Shown here piece by piece: positions 9,808 through 19,219 of a stretch of 64,000 bases of DNA. Position numbers and translations under genes: made by a program. This DNA is from a virus, in the IMG/VR virus record IMGVR_UViG_3300042935_001795, positions 1-64,000 of that record, one strand, 5' to 3'. How positions within the stretch are numbered: the first letter of the stretch is position 1; each line of letters begins with the position of its first letter. The notes beneath the pieces are model-generated. The model had not been told where the DNA came from, did no database searches, and saw only the letters and a program-made list of their open reading frames with translations.

Positions 9808-11004
9808 TTAAAATAATGATGTTGAATAAATTAAGTTTCTATTTAATGTGTGTAAACCAACTGCGGTAAGAACCCGGTTCAATGGGTCTATAACACTCTT
9901 TTCGAATTGTGTTTCATAGTCAACTGTCGGAGCAATTTCATAGGGATGAGATCCTGGCTGGTATGCAAATATTTCGCAAGTTCCATGCTTACAATGGTAC
10001 AGTTTTAACTTTTCGCCATTACCAATCATCTTATACTTATTCTTGTGCTTTGGATTTTGGTTCATTAAGAAATTATAAAACCCAGCAGCTTTTACGTTTG
10101 GCGGACATTTTAAACCATATTGAAATTCTACCGTATCATCTATGATATATTTTTCGATATTGTTAGTTCTTTTATTAAAACATATCTCATCAACACTTGC
10201 TAATTGAAATTCTTTTTTACATTGTTTCAAATAGTCTACAAGTCTCTTTAATAGGGACGCAGTAGGTTTTTCTGAAAGAATAAGTTTAAGTATCTCGGTT
10301 AATTGCTTTCTTGCAAGAGCTGGAGTTGAACTTTGAATTGTATCAAATCCGATTGTTTTCACTTTCTTAAGTGAAGGGTAACGTTCTTCGATTCCAATTT
10401 TATCCTCCCATGCAATATTCTGCAGGTATTTTTTCTTAGCTAACCAAATCCCAGAGTAGGCAATTGTTTCCAATTCAAACTGGAGGAAGTTTTCGGTATT
10501 AGTGGCTTCTGCATATTTCTCCATACACTTAAAAATATAATCCTTAAGTCTAAAGTTATACAATTTCATAATGAATTGGTCAATCGATATCTTGTCTCCA
10601 AGCCATTCAATAGATTCATACATCTCTTCAAACTGTACATAACAAGAATCGGTATCAATATAGACTACTGAAGGTCGCACAAGTTTATTTTTAACTTGAA
10701 TGTTAAAAAACTCATGAACTGCCTTGTCTTTAGTCCAGAACTCTTGAAAATACTTATTTAGTATCTTCTCAGAATATAGAATCGCAGATTGACCCTGTAA
10801 GGTAATAGATTCTGCGATGTCTATATTAAAAAAGTGAAACCATTTGTTACCGAAGGCGCCATAGATCGAGTTAAGCATTACTTTTACGGCTTGCTCATAG
10901 GCTCCAAACTTTGCTGACAACATAGAATAATGCTCAACCAATGTTTTAATTTCATCTTGTGATAAATCACTCTCTGGTTTTAGTATTAGTTCTTCGATTG
11001 TCAT
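9808..11004 (-). CDS. Family B DNA polymerase, C-terminal half (gp43B-like: fingers, palm, thumb)
   Basis: Motif B KVMLNSIYG, motif C YIDTDS, KKKY; lacks the exonuclease domain and motif A. Confidence 0.93.
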   Translation of the reverse strand: MTIEELILKPESDLSQDEIKTLVEHYSMLSAKFGAYEQAVKVMLNSIYGAFGNKWFHFFNIDIAESITLQGQSAILYSEKILNKYFQEFWTKDKAVHEFFNIQVKNKLVRPSVVYIDTDSCYVQFEEMYESIEWLGDKISIDQFIMKLYNFRLKDYIFKCMEKYAEATNTENFLQFELETIAYSGIWLAKKKYLQNIAWEDKIGIEERYPSLKKVKTIGFDTIQSSTPALARKQLTEILKLILSEKPTASLLKRLVDYLKQCKKEFQLASVDEICFNKRTNNIEKYIIDDTVEFQYGLKCPPNVKAAGFYNFLMNQNPKHKNKYKMIGNGEKLKLYHCKHGTCEIFAYQPGSHPYEIAPTVDYETQFEKSVIDPLNRVLTAVGLHTLNRNLIYSTSLF

Positions 11005-11007
11005 AAA

Positions 11008-11763
11008 TTATTCAGCAGTTTGGCAAGTAGCGATAGTTAGTAATGTTTCTGAATCTTTTGAGCGTAATACTACTCTGTTATCCATAACATTTGCTGAATA
11101 ATCTTCTTTGTCTAATAGGTTTAAATATTTTTTGAAAAGAGTTACATTTCCAGGATTGGTTCCTTGGAATGAATCAGTCACAAGGTAGTTGTAAGTTTTA
11201 CCTTTCATTCGGACACCTTCTGCATTAGTTGAGATAGTGAAAGTTTCTTCTTTGTCCAATCCAAAAAGAGAACGAACTTTTGAAGTTGCAGTATAATCCA
11301 TGTCAAATACATAGTTTGCTGCGTCAATATTAAAGATTCCTGCAATTTGAGCATCGGTAAGGTCTTTATAACCTAATGAAGGCTCAGAACATGCAAGTTT
11401 AATTTCCAATTCATTGTTAAAAATACGGAACTCAGTTGCTACGAAATCCTCGTCATTTTCTACGAATTCAATTTCAGCCTGGATGTTTCCAAATTCAAAT
11501 TGTTTAAACGCGTCAGTTAAACGACCAGCATCAAAAAAAGCAATTTTTAATTCTTTTGATGTGTTAATAGCACCGTCTTCCAATTGGAATACTTGTGACA
11601 CTGGAATTCTGTGATGTTTTACAGCATCTCTTTGTGGAAGATAGGCGGATGCCTGTACCACTTCATCCTTGATTTTAAAGTAGATAAAGGTATCGATAAC
11701 CTTAAGTCTATTCACAAAACCGATGAAATTGTTTTGGTCTACTTTGTCAATTTTAATTTTCAT
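11008..11763 (-). CDS. Probable sliding clamp (gp45/PCNA-like)
   Basis: 251 aa, acidic, two-domain alpha/beta pattern, directly upstream of the polymerase C-half. Confidence 0.6.
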   Translation of the reverse strand: MKIKIDKVDQNNFIGFVNRLKVIDTFIYFKIKDEVVQASAYLPQRDAVKHHRIPVSQVFQLEDGAINTSKELKIAFFDAGRLTDAFKQFEFGNIQAEIEFVENDEDFVATEFRIFNNELEIKLACSEPSLGYKDLTDAQIAGIFNIDAANYVFDMDYTATSKVRSLFGLDKEETFTISTNAEGVRMKGKTYNYLVTDSFQGTNPGNVTLFKKYLNLLDKEDYSANVMDNRVVLRSKDSETLLTIATCQTAE

Positions 11764-11820
11764 ATTTAGTGTTTAAATTATTTTAATATTATAGACAAAA
11801 AAGGGGTTTTGTTTCACATA

Positions 11821-11846
11821 AAAAAACCTGTCATTACTGACAGGTT
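11821..11846 (-). terminator. Intrinsic terminator
   Basis: Minus strand reads AACCTGTCA-GTAA-TGACAGGTT followed by a T run. Confidence 0.8.
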
Positions 11847-11892
11847 AAACTCGTGTGAGTCGGTCCTCCGATTCTATCCTGAGGAGGGGTTC

Positions 11893-11988
11893 TTATTTAG
11901 ATTTTTTTAATTCGTCAAAGACCATGACTATAAAAAATAAACCAATCATACCAATAAAAAAGGGCAGGCAATTCGGATCAGGTTCCAC
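11893..11988 (-). CDS. Unannotated 31-aa single-TM peptide MEPDPNCLPFFIGMIGLFFIVMVFDELKKSK
   Basis: GTG start, TAA stop, hydrophobic core and basic tail; fills the intergenic gap. Confidence 0.5.
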   Translation of the reverse strand: MEPDPNCLPFFIGMIGLFFIVMVFDELKKSK

Positions 11989-12005
11989 TTTGTGAAATTA
12001 TATTT

Positions 12006-12461
12006 TTATCTTACGTCTCCTGTTCTTAGCATTGAAGAAACGTCTGTAAAGTATTTCATCTCTTCGGGTGTTAATTTAGTTTTAATATAGTTTCCAATTT
12101 TTGTTAATTGGTTTACTCTTTCTTTTTGTGCTTTAAGTCCAGCTTGACTGCTACCTAATTTAGCAGCTGCACTATATGGAGTTAAATCTTGATACATTTG
12201 TTTAAGTTTTTCATCTCCATCAAATTTCTTAATGATTTCTCCAATTAATTCTTTTCTTTGTCCTTTTGCAGCCTGTTTAGCTTTTGCTTCAGCCCTATTT
12301 GCAAGTGCTTCTGCAGCATCTCCAAGAACTCTACCAACTAGAGGTAAACTTTGAGCTACTGCCCAAAGGCCCATTAGCCCAACTGCAACTCCCATTGCAA
12401 CATCAACTACAGTTCCCATGTCTTCGTTTACGAATTCCTCGTATAATTTAACGTGTTTCAT
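12006..12461 (-). CDS. Putative internal virion protein with capsid-targeting motif and a TM helix
   Basis: Begins MKHVKLYEEFVNE, followed by hydrophobic VAMGVAVGLMGLWAVA. Confidence 0.7.
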   Translation of the reverse strand: MKHVKLYEEFVNEDMGTVVDVAMGVAVGLMGLWAVAQSLPLVGRVLGDAAEALANRAEAKAKQAAKGQRKELIGEIIKKFDGDEKLKQMYQDLTPYSAAAKLGSSQAGLKAQKERVNQLTKIGNYIKTKLTPEEMKYFTDVSSMLRTGDVR

Positions 12462-12480
12462 TATGTACTTATTATTTTTA

Positions 12481-13539
12481 TTATATATTTCTTTTTTGAA
12501 ATTTGTTTATGTTTTGATTAATAATAGTTCCACATGCAATATCGATAGCGCAATTAACTACTGGATTATCTTCCCATTTGGATGGATTGATTATAGTTTC
12601 TAAGTGCGGAACCAGTGCGGCAGAGATTTCTCTAGAAGCCGCATTCCATAAGTATGTTGGAGTATGATCGACCGAGTAGTATTGTACTCCTCTTCTCATT
12701 TTGATAATTGGATTTTTAAATGTTGTAGGTTCGGCAAAAAAGAATCCCATTCCCTTGTCACAACTAATATCGATAATTGCACAGTTTTTGCGTAATTGGT
12801 CTAGTTGATTCAAATCTTTAATAAACATTAGTGGATTATTTACGTCCTGTAGGACTCCATTAAATATAATATTGGCAGAGTACATGTCCTCCCAAATATC
12901 ATCATCATTAAAGTTTTTGTACCAAACATCAGGATTTTTATCAGCTACTAGGTGTGTAGGTCTCTGTGTATATACTGTGATGTTGTTAAAACCTCTACCT
13001 TGTAGGGCATAGATTGCTCCTTTACTTACAGAACCAAATCCAAAAATAACAACCTTCTTACGGTCTCCATAGTGTCCATCAAGACCTGCTAATTGTAGGT
13101 AATGAATAACTCCAGCGTAACCTGCTAATTCATTGTTACGATAAAAAGCATGAATTTTTTGGTTTTTAGAAATATGATTCATCTCCTCCCATGCAATCAA
13201 TGTTAATTTTTTTTCAATGGCGATATCGGTAATGTCTCTCTGTTGAACGGCATGGGTCCAACCACATAGGGTTGAACCTTCCTGCATTTGTTTTAGGTCT
13301 TCGGCAAGGGGTTTTGGTAGTATAAGTATGCTACTCTCTTTAAAAAGATCCTCGCGACTGGCAAACTTACAACCTATTTGTTGAAGCTGAATGTCTGAAT
13401 ATCCATAATCAGTTCCATATCCCTCTTCAAAAAGGAGTTCTTTGATTATTTCTCCTGATAATCTTTCAATATGTGATGGGTGAATTGGAATACGTTTTTC
13501 GTCCTCCTTTAGCGATGTTTTAAATATTCCTGTTTTCAT
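12481..13539 (-). CDS. ceo: N5-(carboxyethyl)ornithine synthase-like NAD(P)H oxidoreductase (AlaDh/PNT family)
   Basis: KEDEKRIPIHP, FEEGYG, GWTHAVQ, RNNELAGYAGV, Rossmann GFGSVSKG, DISCD, VDHTP. Confidence 0.8.
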   Translation of the reverse strand: MKTGIFKTSLKEDEKRIPIHPSHIERLSGEIIKELLFEEGYGTDYGYSDIQLQQIGCKFASREDLFKESSILILPKPLAEDLKQMQEGSTLCGWTHAVQQRDITDIAIEKKLTLIAWEEMNHISKNQKIHAFYRNNELAGYAGVIHYLQLAGLDGHYGDRKKVVIFGFGSVSKGAIYALQGRGFNNITVYTQRPTHLVADKNPDVWYKNFNDDDIWEDMYSANIIFNGVLQDVNNPLMFIKDLNQLDQLRKNCAIIDISCDKGMGFFFAEPTTFKNPIIKMRRGVQYYSVDHTPTYLWNAASREISAALVPHLETIINPSKWEDNPVVNCAIDIACGTIINQNINKFQKRNI

Positions 13540-13540
13540 A

Positions 13541-14623
13541 TTAGTCTAAATTAAAAAAATATCGATATCCATCTTTTGCTTTTGGATCTGTCAATATCTT
13601 GTAGTCCATTGGCCACTGGGACGAATCGATTTCTTTTTTAAATTTTGGGTAATAATTTTGATGTCCAGGAACTACATATTTTAGGTAAATATCCTCTAAG
13701 AATTCATCATCTAGAGGTTCTCCATAAAAATCTTCGTACATTGCCTTATAAACTTCGCACATTTTAACGCTTCCAAGTCCGGTAGCAGATGATGTTTCCA
13801 TAATCCACATTTTACCTTTTTTATCTACAACAATATCTAAGGCCCATAAGTCTAGGTCCAAGAATGTTTTAATGTCTTTACAAATTGATTGAGCATTTTC
13901 AATAAATTCAGGGTCTACTTTGTTTTGGTCTTGATAAACATAAGTAAAGCTGATTTTTTCATCTGCAGTTTTTGTTTTAATCGACCTATCATCTTCAATT
14001 CTTGGTACTCTTTCATTAATAATAAATATTTTGTCTCTACAAAACATTACTCTATATTCTCTAGCAAAATCTATAAATTGACAAAAGATATCGAATGTAT
14101 CTTTGCTCTCTTCTAATTCTTTGGCAGTGTCAAATTTTTGAATACCAAGTCCGCTATGTCCATCTTTTATTTTTGCAATTACTGGAAAACCGACGTCTCC
14201 TTTAATTGCATCCTCTTTTGAAAAACATGTTTTTGGAAGCCAATCAAATTTTGCGGCCGCTTTTGCAAATTTTATTTTATCTCCTGAAAGTGGAAGTAAT
14301 TCTCTCTTGTTGTATAAATTATCATTATTGATACCTTTATTCTTTAAGAATCCGATCGCTTCTGGGTCTACTGCTCCGCCATAATTAAGTATTGGCACAT
14401 CTCCAGGTACTACAACTTTATCGTCTTCAAAATCCTCTTTGGTTGCGTAGTTCAAGAATAGGTTACCTTTCGCGGCAATATTGTATTTCTTTTCACGACC
14501 ATTAACATCACCTGAAGTTGCATGAATGTCATGAGATTTCATAATCCATGCCACTTTCTTAGCATATTTGTTTTTAAGATTTTCTTCGTAGACGAATTCT
14601 TCGAAAAGCTTGATTGGAATCAT
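13541..14623 (-). CDS. RimK-like ATP-grasp ligase with a capsid-targeting-like N-terminus
   Basis: DK...LPKT, FPVIAK..GHSGLG, CQFID, EYRV, ALDIV, ME; N-terminus MIPIKLFEEFVYEE. Confidence 0.75.
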   Translation of the reverse strand: MIPIKLFEEFVYEENLKNKYAKKVAWIMKSHDIHATSGDVNGREKKYNIAAKGNLFLNYATKEDFEDDKVVVPGDVPILNYGGAVDPEAIGFLKNKGINNDNLYNKRELLPLSGDKIKFAKAAAKFDWLPKTCFSKEDAIKGDVGFPVIAKIKDGHSGLGIQKFDTAKELEESKDTFDIFCQFIDFAREYRVMFCRDKIFIINERVPRIEDDRSIKTKTADEKISFTYVYQDQNKVDPEFIENAQSICKDIKTFLDLDLWALDIVVDKKGKMWIMETSSATGLGSVKMCEVYKAMYEDFYGEPLDDEFLEDIYLKYVVPGHQNYYPKFKKEIDSSQWPMDYKILTDPKAKDGYRYFFNLD

Positions 14624-14629
14624 TGTAAT

Positions 14630-15022
14630 TTATATTGTTTTTACTAAACGAACTGAATATGCTTGTCCTCCATCGGTAAAATATTCTTGTTTTCCTGAGC
14701 CAAAGTTTTGAACCCATACCGCATTCTTACCAAACGTTTCTGAAGACATGTAAAACGCATTCATTCTAAGGTTAGGTAATAGAGTAACGTTTTGGTGCAT
14801 TGTAGTTAGTTCTTCTCTAGTTGGCAATCTCCAACCTTTACCCATTTTTTTGGCTAAACGATTTGCGTTAACCAATTTAAGATCTGCTCCGTTAAGTTCA
14901 CTTAAGTCACGTTCTGCAACTTCAATGTTACCAATTGTAATAGGGTTTCCAATTACATCAGATGCAGTATATAACCCAGCAATCTCATTAATAAAGTCTT
15001 CGTATAATTTAATATATTTCAT
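14630..15022 (-). CDS. DUF1566/Lcl-like (CLec fold) protein with capsid-targeting motif
   Basis: GWRLPTREEL...YMSS...WVQNFGSG...SVRLVK; starts MKYIKLYEDFINE. Confidence 0.7.
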   Translation of the reverse strand: MKYIKLYEDFINEIAGLYTASDVIGNPITIGNIEVAERDLSELNGADLKLVNANRLAKKMGKGWRLPTREELTTMHQNVTLLPNLRMNAFYMSSETFGKNAVWVQNFGSGKQEYFTDGGQAYSVRLVKTI

Positions 15023-15068
15023 ATTATTTACATTTTATTTTATTTATATATCCCTAGATTTTTAACAT

Positions 15069-15100
15069 AAAAAAGCAGGGAGTAGCGAATTCCCTGCTTT
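15069..15100 (-). terminator. Intrinsic terminator after nrdA
   Basis: AAAGCAGGGA-ATTCGCTAC-TCCCTGCTTT followed by TTT. Confidence 0.85.
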
Positions 15101-15159
15101 ACACCTCCGTGAACTAGTCCCGGTCCTAAAATGCAATCATGTTTCAGATTGCCGGTTTC

Positions 15160-16785
15160 TTATGCCTCACAGCTTGAACATTCAAGAATGTCTCTTGCAA
15201 AAGACTGGGCTGAACTTTGACTAAATTGATAGTATAATGTTTTAACCCCTTCCTCATGAGCATAAAGGTATAGTGTATTAATATCCTTAGCCGAAACTGA
15301 TGGATGTATCATTAGATTTAGTGACTGCGATTGGTCAATGAAATGTTGTCTTTGTGCCGCTTGTAGTACTATTTCCTTTGGACTGATTTCAACAAAAGAT
15401 TTAAAAACCTCTTTAGTTGGAAAGTCTAAATGCTGTACACTTCCGTCACGTTTTAATATTCCTTCCCAAACATCTGGCGTATTTAAACCATATTTGTCCA
15501 GCTCTTGAATTAAGAAAGGATTTTTGTAAATAGTTTTTGACTTGGCAAGGTCTTTGATAAAATAATTAGATTTGATTGGTTCAATTCCCATACTTACCTG
15601 TCCTAAAATAAATGAACTACTTTTGGTTGGTGCAATTGCAATTAGGGTAGTGTTAGCGTATCCTGGTCGGATTGATTTGTAACCTTTCTCGTCATGTAAT
15701 AATCTAGAAGCCGCTTCGCTCTTTTCCTTTAGTGTTGAAAAGATTTCATGGTTTAATTGTTTTGCTTGAAGTGAATCAAAACTGATTAATTTAGATTGAA
15801 ACAGGGAATGATAACCTAAAACTCCAAGTCCTAATGCTCTGTGGTCATTTGCAAATCTCCATGCTCTTTTCATTCCAGGCATATTATAAGATTTATTTAT
15901 AAACTCATTCATAACTGCATTCAAGAACATTGTGTAAACTTCAATCGCATCAGTTTCTTTAATTTCGTCCCAATGTAATAAATTGATAGAACCTAAACAA
16001 CATACAAATGAATTGAAACTGTCGGTTGGTAATTGTATTTCGCTACATAAATTACTTGCAGTGATTTCTAAACCTAACTCTTTGTATGGTGAATTATTGT
16101 TTGAGTTATCTTTAAACATGATATATGGAAAACCAAACTCATTACGTCTTTGAATTATTTTAGCCCAAATTTTACGTTTGTCTGCGTCTCCTGCCTTCAT
16201 ATCAGCGATCCAAGCGTCGGTAACTGTAACTCCATATTGTAGGTTTTGAATTGGATTTCCATCTGTTCCAATATCTAAAAATTCTAAAATGTCATTGTGT
16301 TCAACTGGTAACCAAACTGCACATGCTCCTCTTCTGGCCTCTGATTGTTTACATACATCAACTGTTGTATCATATAATCTGGCATAGTGTACTGGACCAT
16401 CTGCAGTTCCACCTGTCGAAATTTTAGTACCTCTTGCTCTGATGTTTCCTAAAAATGCCGAAGTTCCTCCTCCGTATTTTGACATCATTCCAATTTCTCT
16501 ACTACCATTTAAGATACTATCTAAAGTATCGTCTACGTTACTTCCATAACAACTAACCGGAAGTCCTTTGTCTTTTCCATAATTAATCCAAACTGGAGTT
16601 GATAAACTATAAAATCCTCTAGTCATATAGTCCTCAAACTTTTTTGCAAATCCTTCAATTTTTAAGTCCTTTTCTGCGGTATTTGCTACATCTTTAATTC
16701 GCTGCTCTGGAGATTCAGTAATATAGCCTCTAGATAAAAATGTTCTACTGTCTTCGTTAAGCCAGTAATTCTTCTCGTAATCCAT
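15160..16785 (-). CDS. nrdA: Ribonucleotide reductase class I alpha subunit (no ATP cone)
   Basis: PVSC, SNLCSE, APTKSSS, KTLYY, C-terminal CSSC. Confidence 0.95.
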   Translation of the reverse strand: MDYEKNYWLNEDSRTFLSRGYITESPEQRIKDVANTAEKDLKIEGFAKKFEDYMTRGFYSLSTPVWINYGKDKGLPVSCYGSNVDDTLDSILNGSREIGMMSKYGGGTSAFLGNIRARGTKISTGGTADGPVHYARLYDTTVDVCKQSEARRGACAVWLPVEHNDILEFLDIGTDGNPIQNLQYGVTVTDAWIADMKAGDADKRKIWAKIIQRRNEFGFPYIMFKDNSNNNSPYKELGLEITASNLCSEIQLPTDSFNSFVCCLGSINLLHWDEIKETDAIEVYTMFLNAVMNEFINKSYNMPGMKRAWRFANDHRALGLGVLGYHSLFQSKLISFDSLQAKQLNHEIFSTLKEKSEAASRLLHDEKGYKSIRPGYANTTLIAIAPTKSSSFILGQVSMGIEPIKSNYFIKDLAKSKTIYKNPFLIQELDKYGLNTPDVWEGILKRDGSVQHLDFPTKEVFKSFVEISPKEIVLQAAQRQHFIDQSQSLNLMIHPSVSAKDINTLYLYAHEEGVKTLYYQFSQSSAQSFARDILECSSCEA

Positions 16786-16808
16786 TTAGTTTAATTTGTT
16801 TTTAAATT

Positions 16809-17786
16809 TTAAAATAAGTCGTCTTCGGTGATTGCCTTAGACTTTTTGTTGTAGTCAATTGATTTTTTGTAGAAGAAATCACCTTCTTTAGTTGAAAGAA
16901 TCTCAACATCGAACCATAGAGATTTTTCAATTTCTGTAAAATCAACTTCAAATACAGGTTTCATTCCAATTCGCTGTAGGGAATTATTAAAACGATTTTG
17001 AATAAATTGTTTGATAGTTTCTTTTGATAGGAAATCAAGTTCACCCTTTTCAAAAATCCAATCAAGAATTTTAACCTCTGCTAGGTATGCTTTTTTACAA
17101 GCAGAATCTATAAGTTGTTCGAATTCCTCATCAAACCATTCTGGGTTCTCTCTCTTAATAATGTTAATCAATTCAGATCCGAAGTTTCCATGGATTTCCT
17201 CCTCTTTACTAGTTGCTTCAACTACATTTGAAATACCTTTAAATAGGTTTTTCTCCTTGTTAAAAGACATCATAATAAAGAATTGACTAAATAAACTAAC
17301 ATGCTCTATAAACAATGAAAATAGCAGTACGGATTTCGTATACATTTTATTGTCTTTACTTCTTGTACCGTCCAAATACTTGCTTAAGTATGCAATTCTA
17401 TCTTTAATTGCTGGAATCTCTACTACATGCTGGAATTCGTCTTCTAATCCTAGGATTCTTAATAATTGTGCGTAAGCATCTTTGTGTCTCACTTCACTTT
17501 CTGCAAATGTCATACCAACATCTCCAATTTCAGTGATTGGCATTCTTTTGTAAAGATCTGCCCAAAAAGTTTTAACATTAACCTCAATTTGCGCAATTGC
17601 GAGCATCGATCTTTTAATTACTTCACGCTCTGAGTCAGATACTTTAGTCATAAAGTCATCAATATCTGTTGTAAAATTAAATTCAGTGTGAATCCAGTAT
17701 GAGTGACGGATTGCGTCCTTGTATGCTAATAGGGAAGGGTATTCGTAAGGTAAAATATTTATGCGTTTTTGAAAGATATTGCTCAT
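16809..17786 (-). CDS. nrdB: Ribonucleotide reductase beta subunit, class Id-like
   Basis: IAQIEVNVK (Glu as first ligand plus Lys), EVRHKDAY, EEEIH. Confidence 0.93.
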   Translation of the reverse strand: MSNIFQKRINILPYEYPSLLAYKDAIRHSYWIHTEFNFTTDIDDFMTKVSDSEREVIKRSMLAIAQIEVNVKTFWADLYKRMPITEIGDVGMTFAESEVRHKDAYAQLLRILGLEDEFQHVVEIPAIKDRIAYLSKYLDGTRSKDNKMYTKSVLLFSLFIEHVSLFSQFFIMMSFNKEKNLFKGISNVVEATSKEEEIHGNFGSELINIIKRENPEWFDEEFEQLIDSACKKAYLAEVKILDWIFEKGELDFLSKETIKQFIQNRFNNSLQRIGMKPVFEVDFTEIEKSLWFDVEILSTKEGDFFYKKSIDYNKKSKAITEDDLF

Positions 17787-17821
17787 TGATGGAGTTTTTT
17801 TTAGAAATTTATATATACGTT

Positions 17822-19219
17822 TTATTGGAGTAGTTTTTTCAACCGGTCTGCTTTTGTGAAATATTCATAAGAAGTTTTTTTATAATCTTTACGCTGTGCA
17901 TAAAGGTCACTTAATATTTTTCTTAGAATAGAATCCTCGGTCTTATAAACTACACCATTATCGCAAACAATAACCTCTTTATTCTTTCTGCGTTCTTCAA
18001 TTTCACTTTTATAAATCTTTTCAATATAAGCATCTGGAGATATATTGAACTGTCTCATGATCGAAGGGTATAGTGAAGCAAAATCGAATGCGCTTACACC
18101 TTCATAAAATCCTAAGATTGGTTCTTTTACGAATGCTCCAGCATATTGGCCATCTTTTTGACTGTCAGATTTCTCTTCACTTCCAATTCGCATTCCTTGC
18201 TCAGCAAGTTTTCTGGCCATAATTGCTTCAGTAACCGCCACTGGAGAACTTGCTTTATACAATGGCATATTAGTAATGTTTGCCAAGGTTAGTAGTACCT
18301 CCATCGACTTCAACTTCTGGTCAATGTAATATACAAGCACTGAATCGACAACATTGTAATATATGTACTTGACAAAGTTATCCCGGTATAAGTCCTGTAG
18401 TGAGCCAGTGAACTTGATTTTGTTAACGTTCAAGACTTGACTAGAAACATAATCCAAAGAGTTGGATTCCTTAACCTTTACAGTTCGGTCATATTTGTCA
18501 TACAATTGCATGTAGTCAAGAATTCCGATATGAAGAGGTCGACCGTCAGTATGATCGATTGAATTGGTCATACCAACTTCTTTAATATCAATTTGAAGTC
18601 TTTTACAACGATTAACAATATATTGCCAGTCATAGTTAATAAAATTCCACCCAGTCATCATTGGAAACTTTGGTAAGAATTTCATTAAGAATGTGTAAAC
18701 CATGTCATACTCAGACTTGAACTTATGGTACTTAAATTCCCAATCCTGATCAAAGTCTTTAAAATACTCATTGGTATCGTCTTGAATCTTTTGGATTTTA
18801 TCCGAAGCCATATCCTCTAAACCTAAAACAATTGCTTTACGATCTGGAGTAATTATTGAGAATGAAAGAATTCTACTTTTGGCCTCTTCGGCTTTTGGAA
18901 AGCCATCGACAATTTCAGTTTCAATATCGACAAAATACGTCTTTGGCATATTATATGCTGTTAGGTCTTTTTTGTCCTTCTCTGAAAGATTATCTAAAAA
19001 ATAAAGGATTGAAAACTTATTAAATTGTTTTCCATATCCTAATTTAACAGGTCGGCCATCCCAGTTTTTATACTCTGGGCTTGCTGCTCTGTCTTTTTCA
19101 TCACAAACATACCAATTTTGGAATTTGTCCACTGGATATTGTTTGAATGCTACTTCTCCCTTGTCATTGTAGTATGAAATGATAACATCTTTTTCACGCT
19201 GTTCGATGTCTAAAATCAT
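17822..19219 (-). CDS. Family B DNA polymerase, N-terminal half (3'-5' exonuclease plus motif A; gp43A-like)
   Basis: DIET, TGWN...YD, YNVVD exonuclease motifs; FDFASLYPSI motif A; ends in a fingers helix. Confidence 0.93.
   Translation of the reverse strand: MILDIEQREKDVIISYYNDKGEVAFKQYPVDKFQNWYVCDEKDRAASPEYKNWDGRPVKLGYGKQFNKFSILYFLDNLSEKDKKDLTAYNMPKTYFVDIETEIVDGFPKAEEAKSRILSFSIITPDRKAIVLGLEDMASDKIQKIQDDTNEYFKDFDQDWEFKYHKFKSEYDMVYTFLMKFLPKFPMMTGWNFINYDWQYIVNRCKRLQIDIKEVGMTNSIDHTDGRPLHIGILDYMQLYDKYDRTVKVKESNSLDYVSSQVLNVNKIKFTGSLQDLYRDNFVKYIYYNVVDSVLVYYIDQKLKSMEVLLTLANITNMPLYKASSPVAVTEAIMARKLAEQGMRIGSEEKSDSQKDGQYAGAFVKEPILGFYEGVSAFDFASLYPSIMRQFNISPDAYIEKIYKSEIEERRKNKEVIVCDNGVVYKTEDSILRKILSDLYAQRKDYKKTSYEYFTKADRLKKLLQ

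Noticed and set aside
14630-15022. CLec-fold DUF1566 gene as a diversity-generating retroelement target
   Set aside because: No reverse transcriptase and no template-repeat copy of its 3' end is visible in the window.
9808-19219. Intron, intein or homing endonuclease as the cause of the polymerase split
   Set aside because: No intein termini or homing endonuclease motifs are visible; both halves have clean starts and stops, and ordinary genes lie between them.
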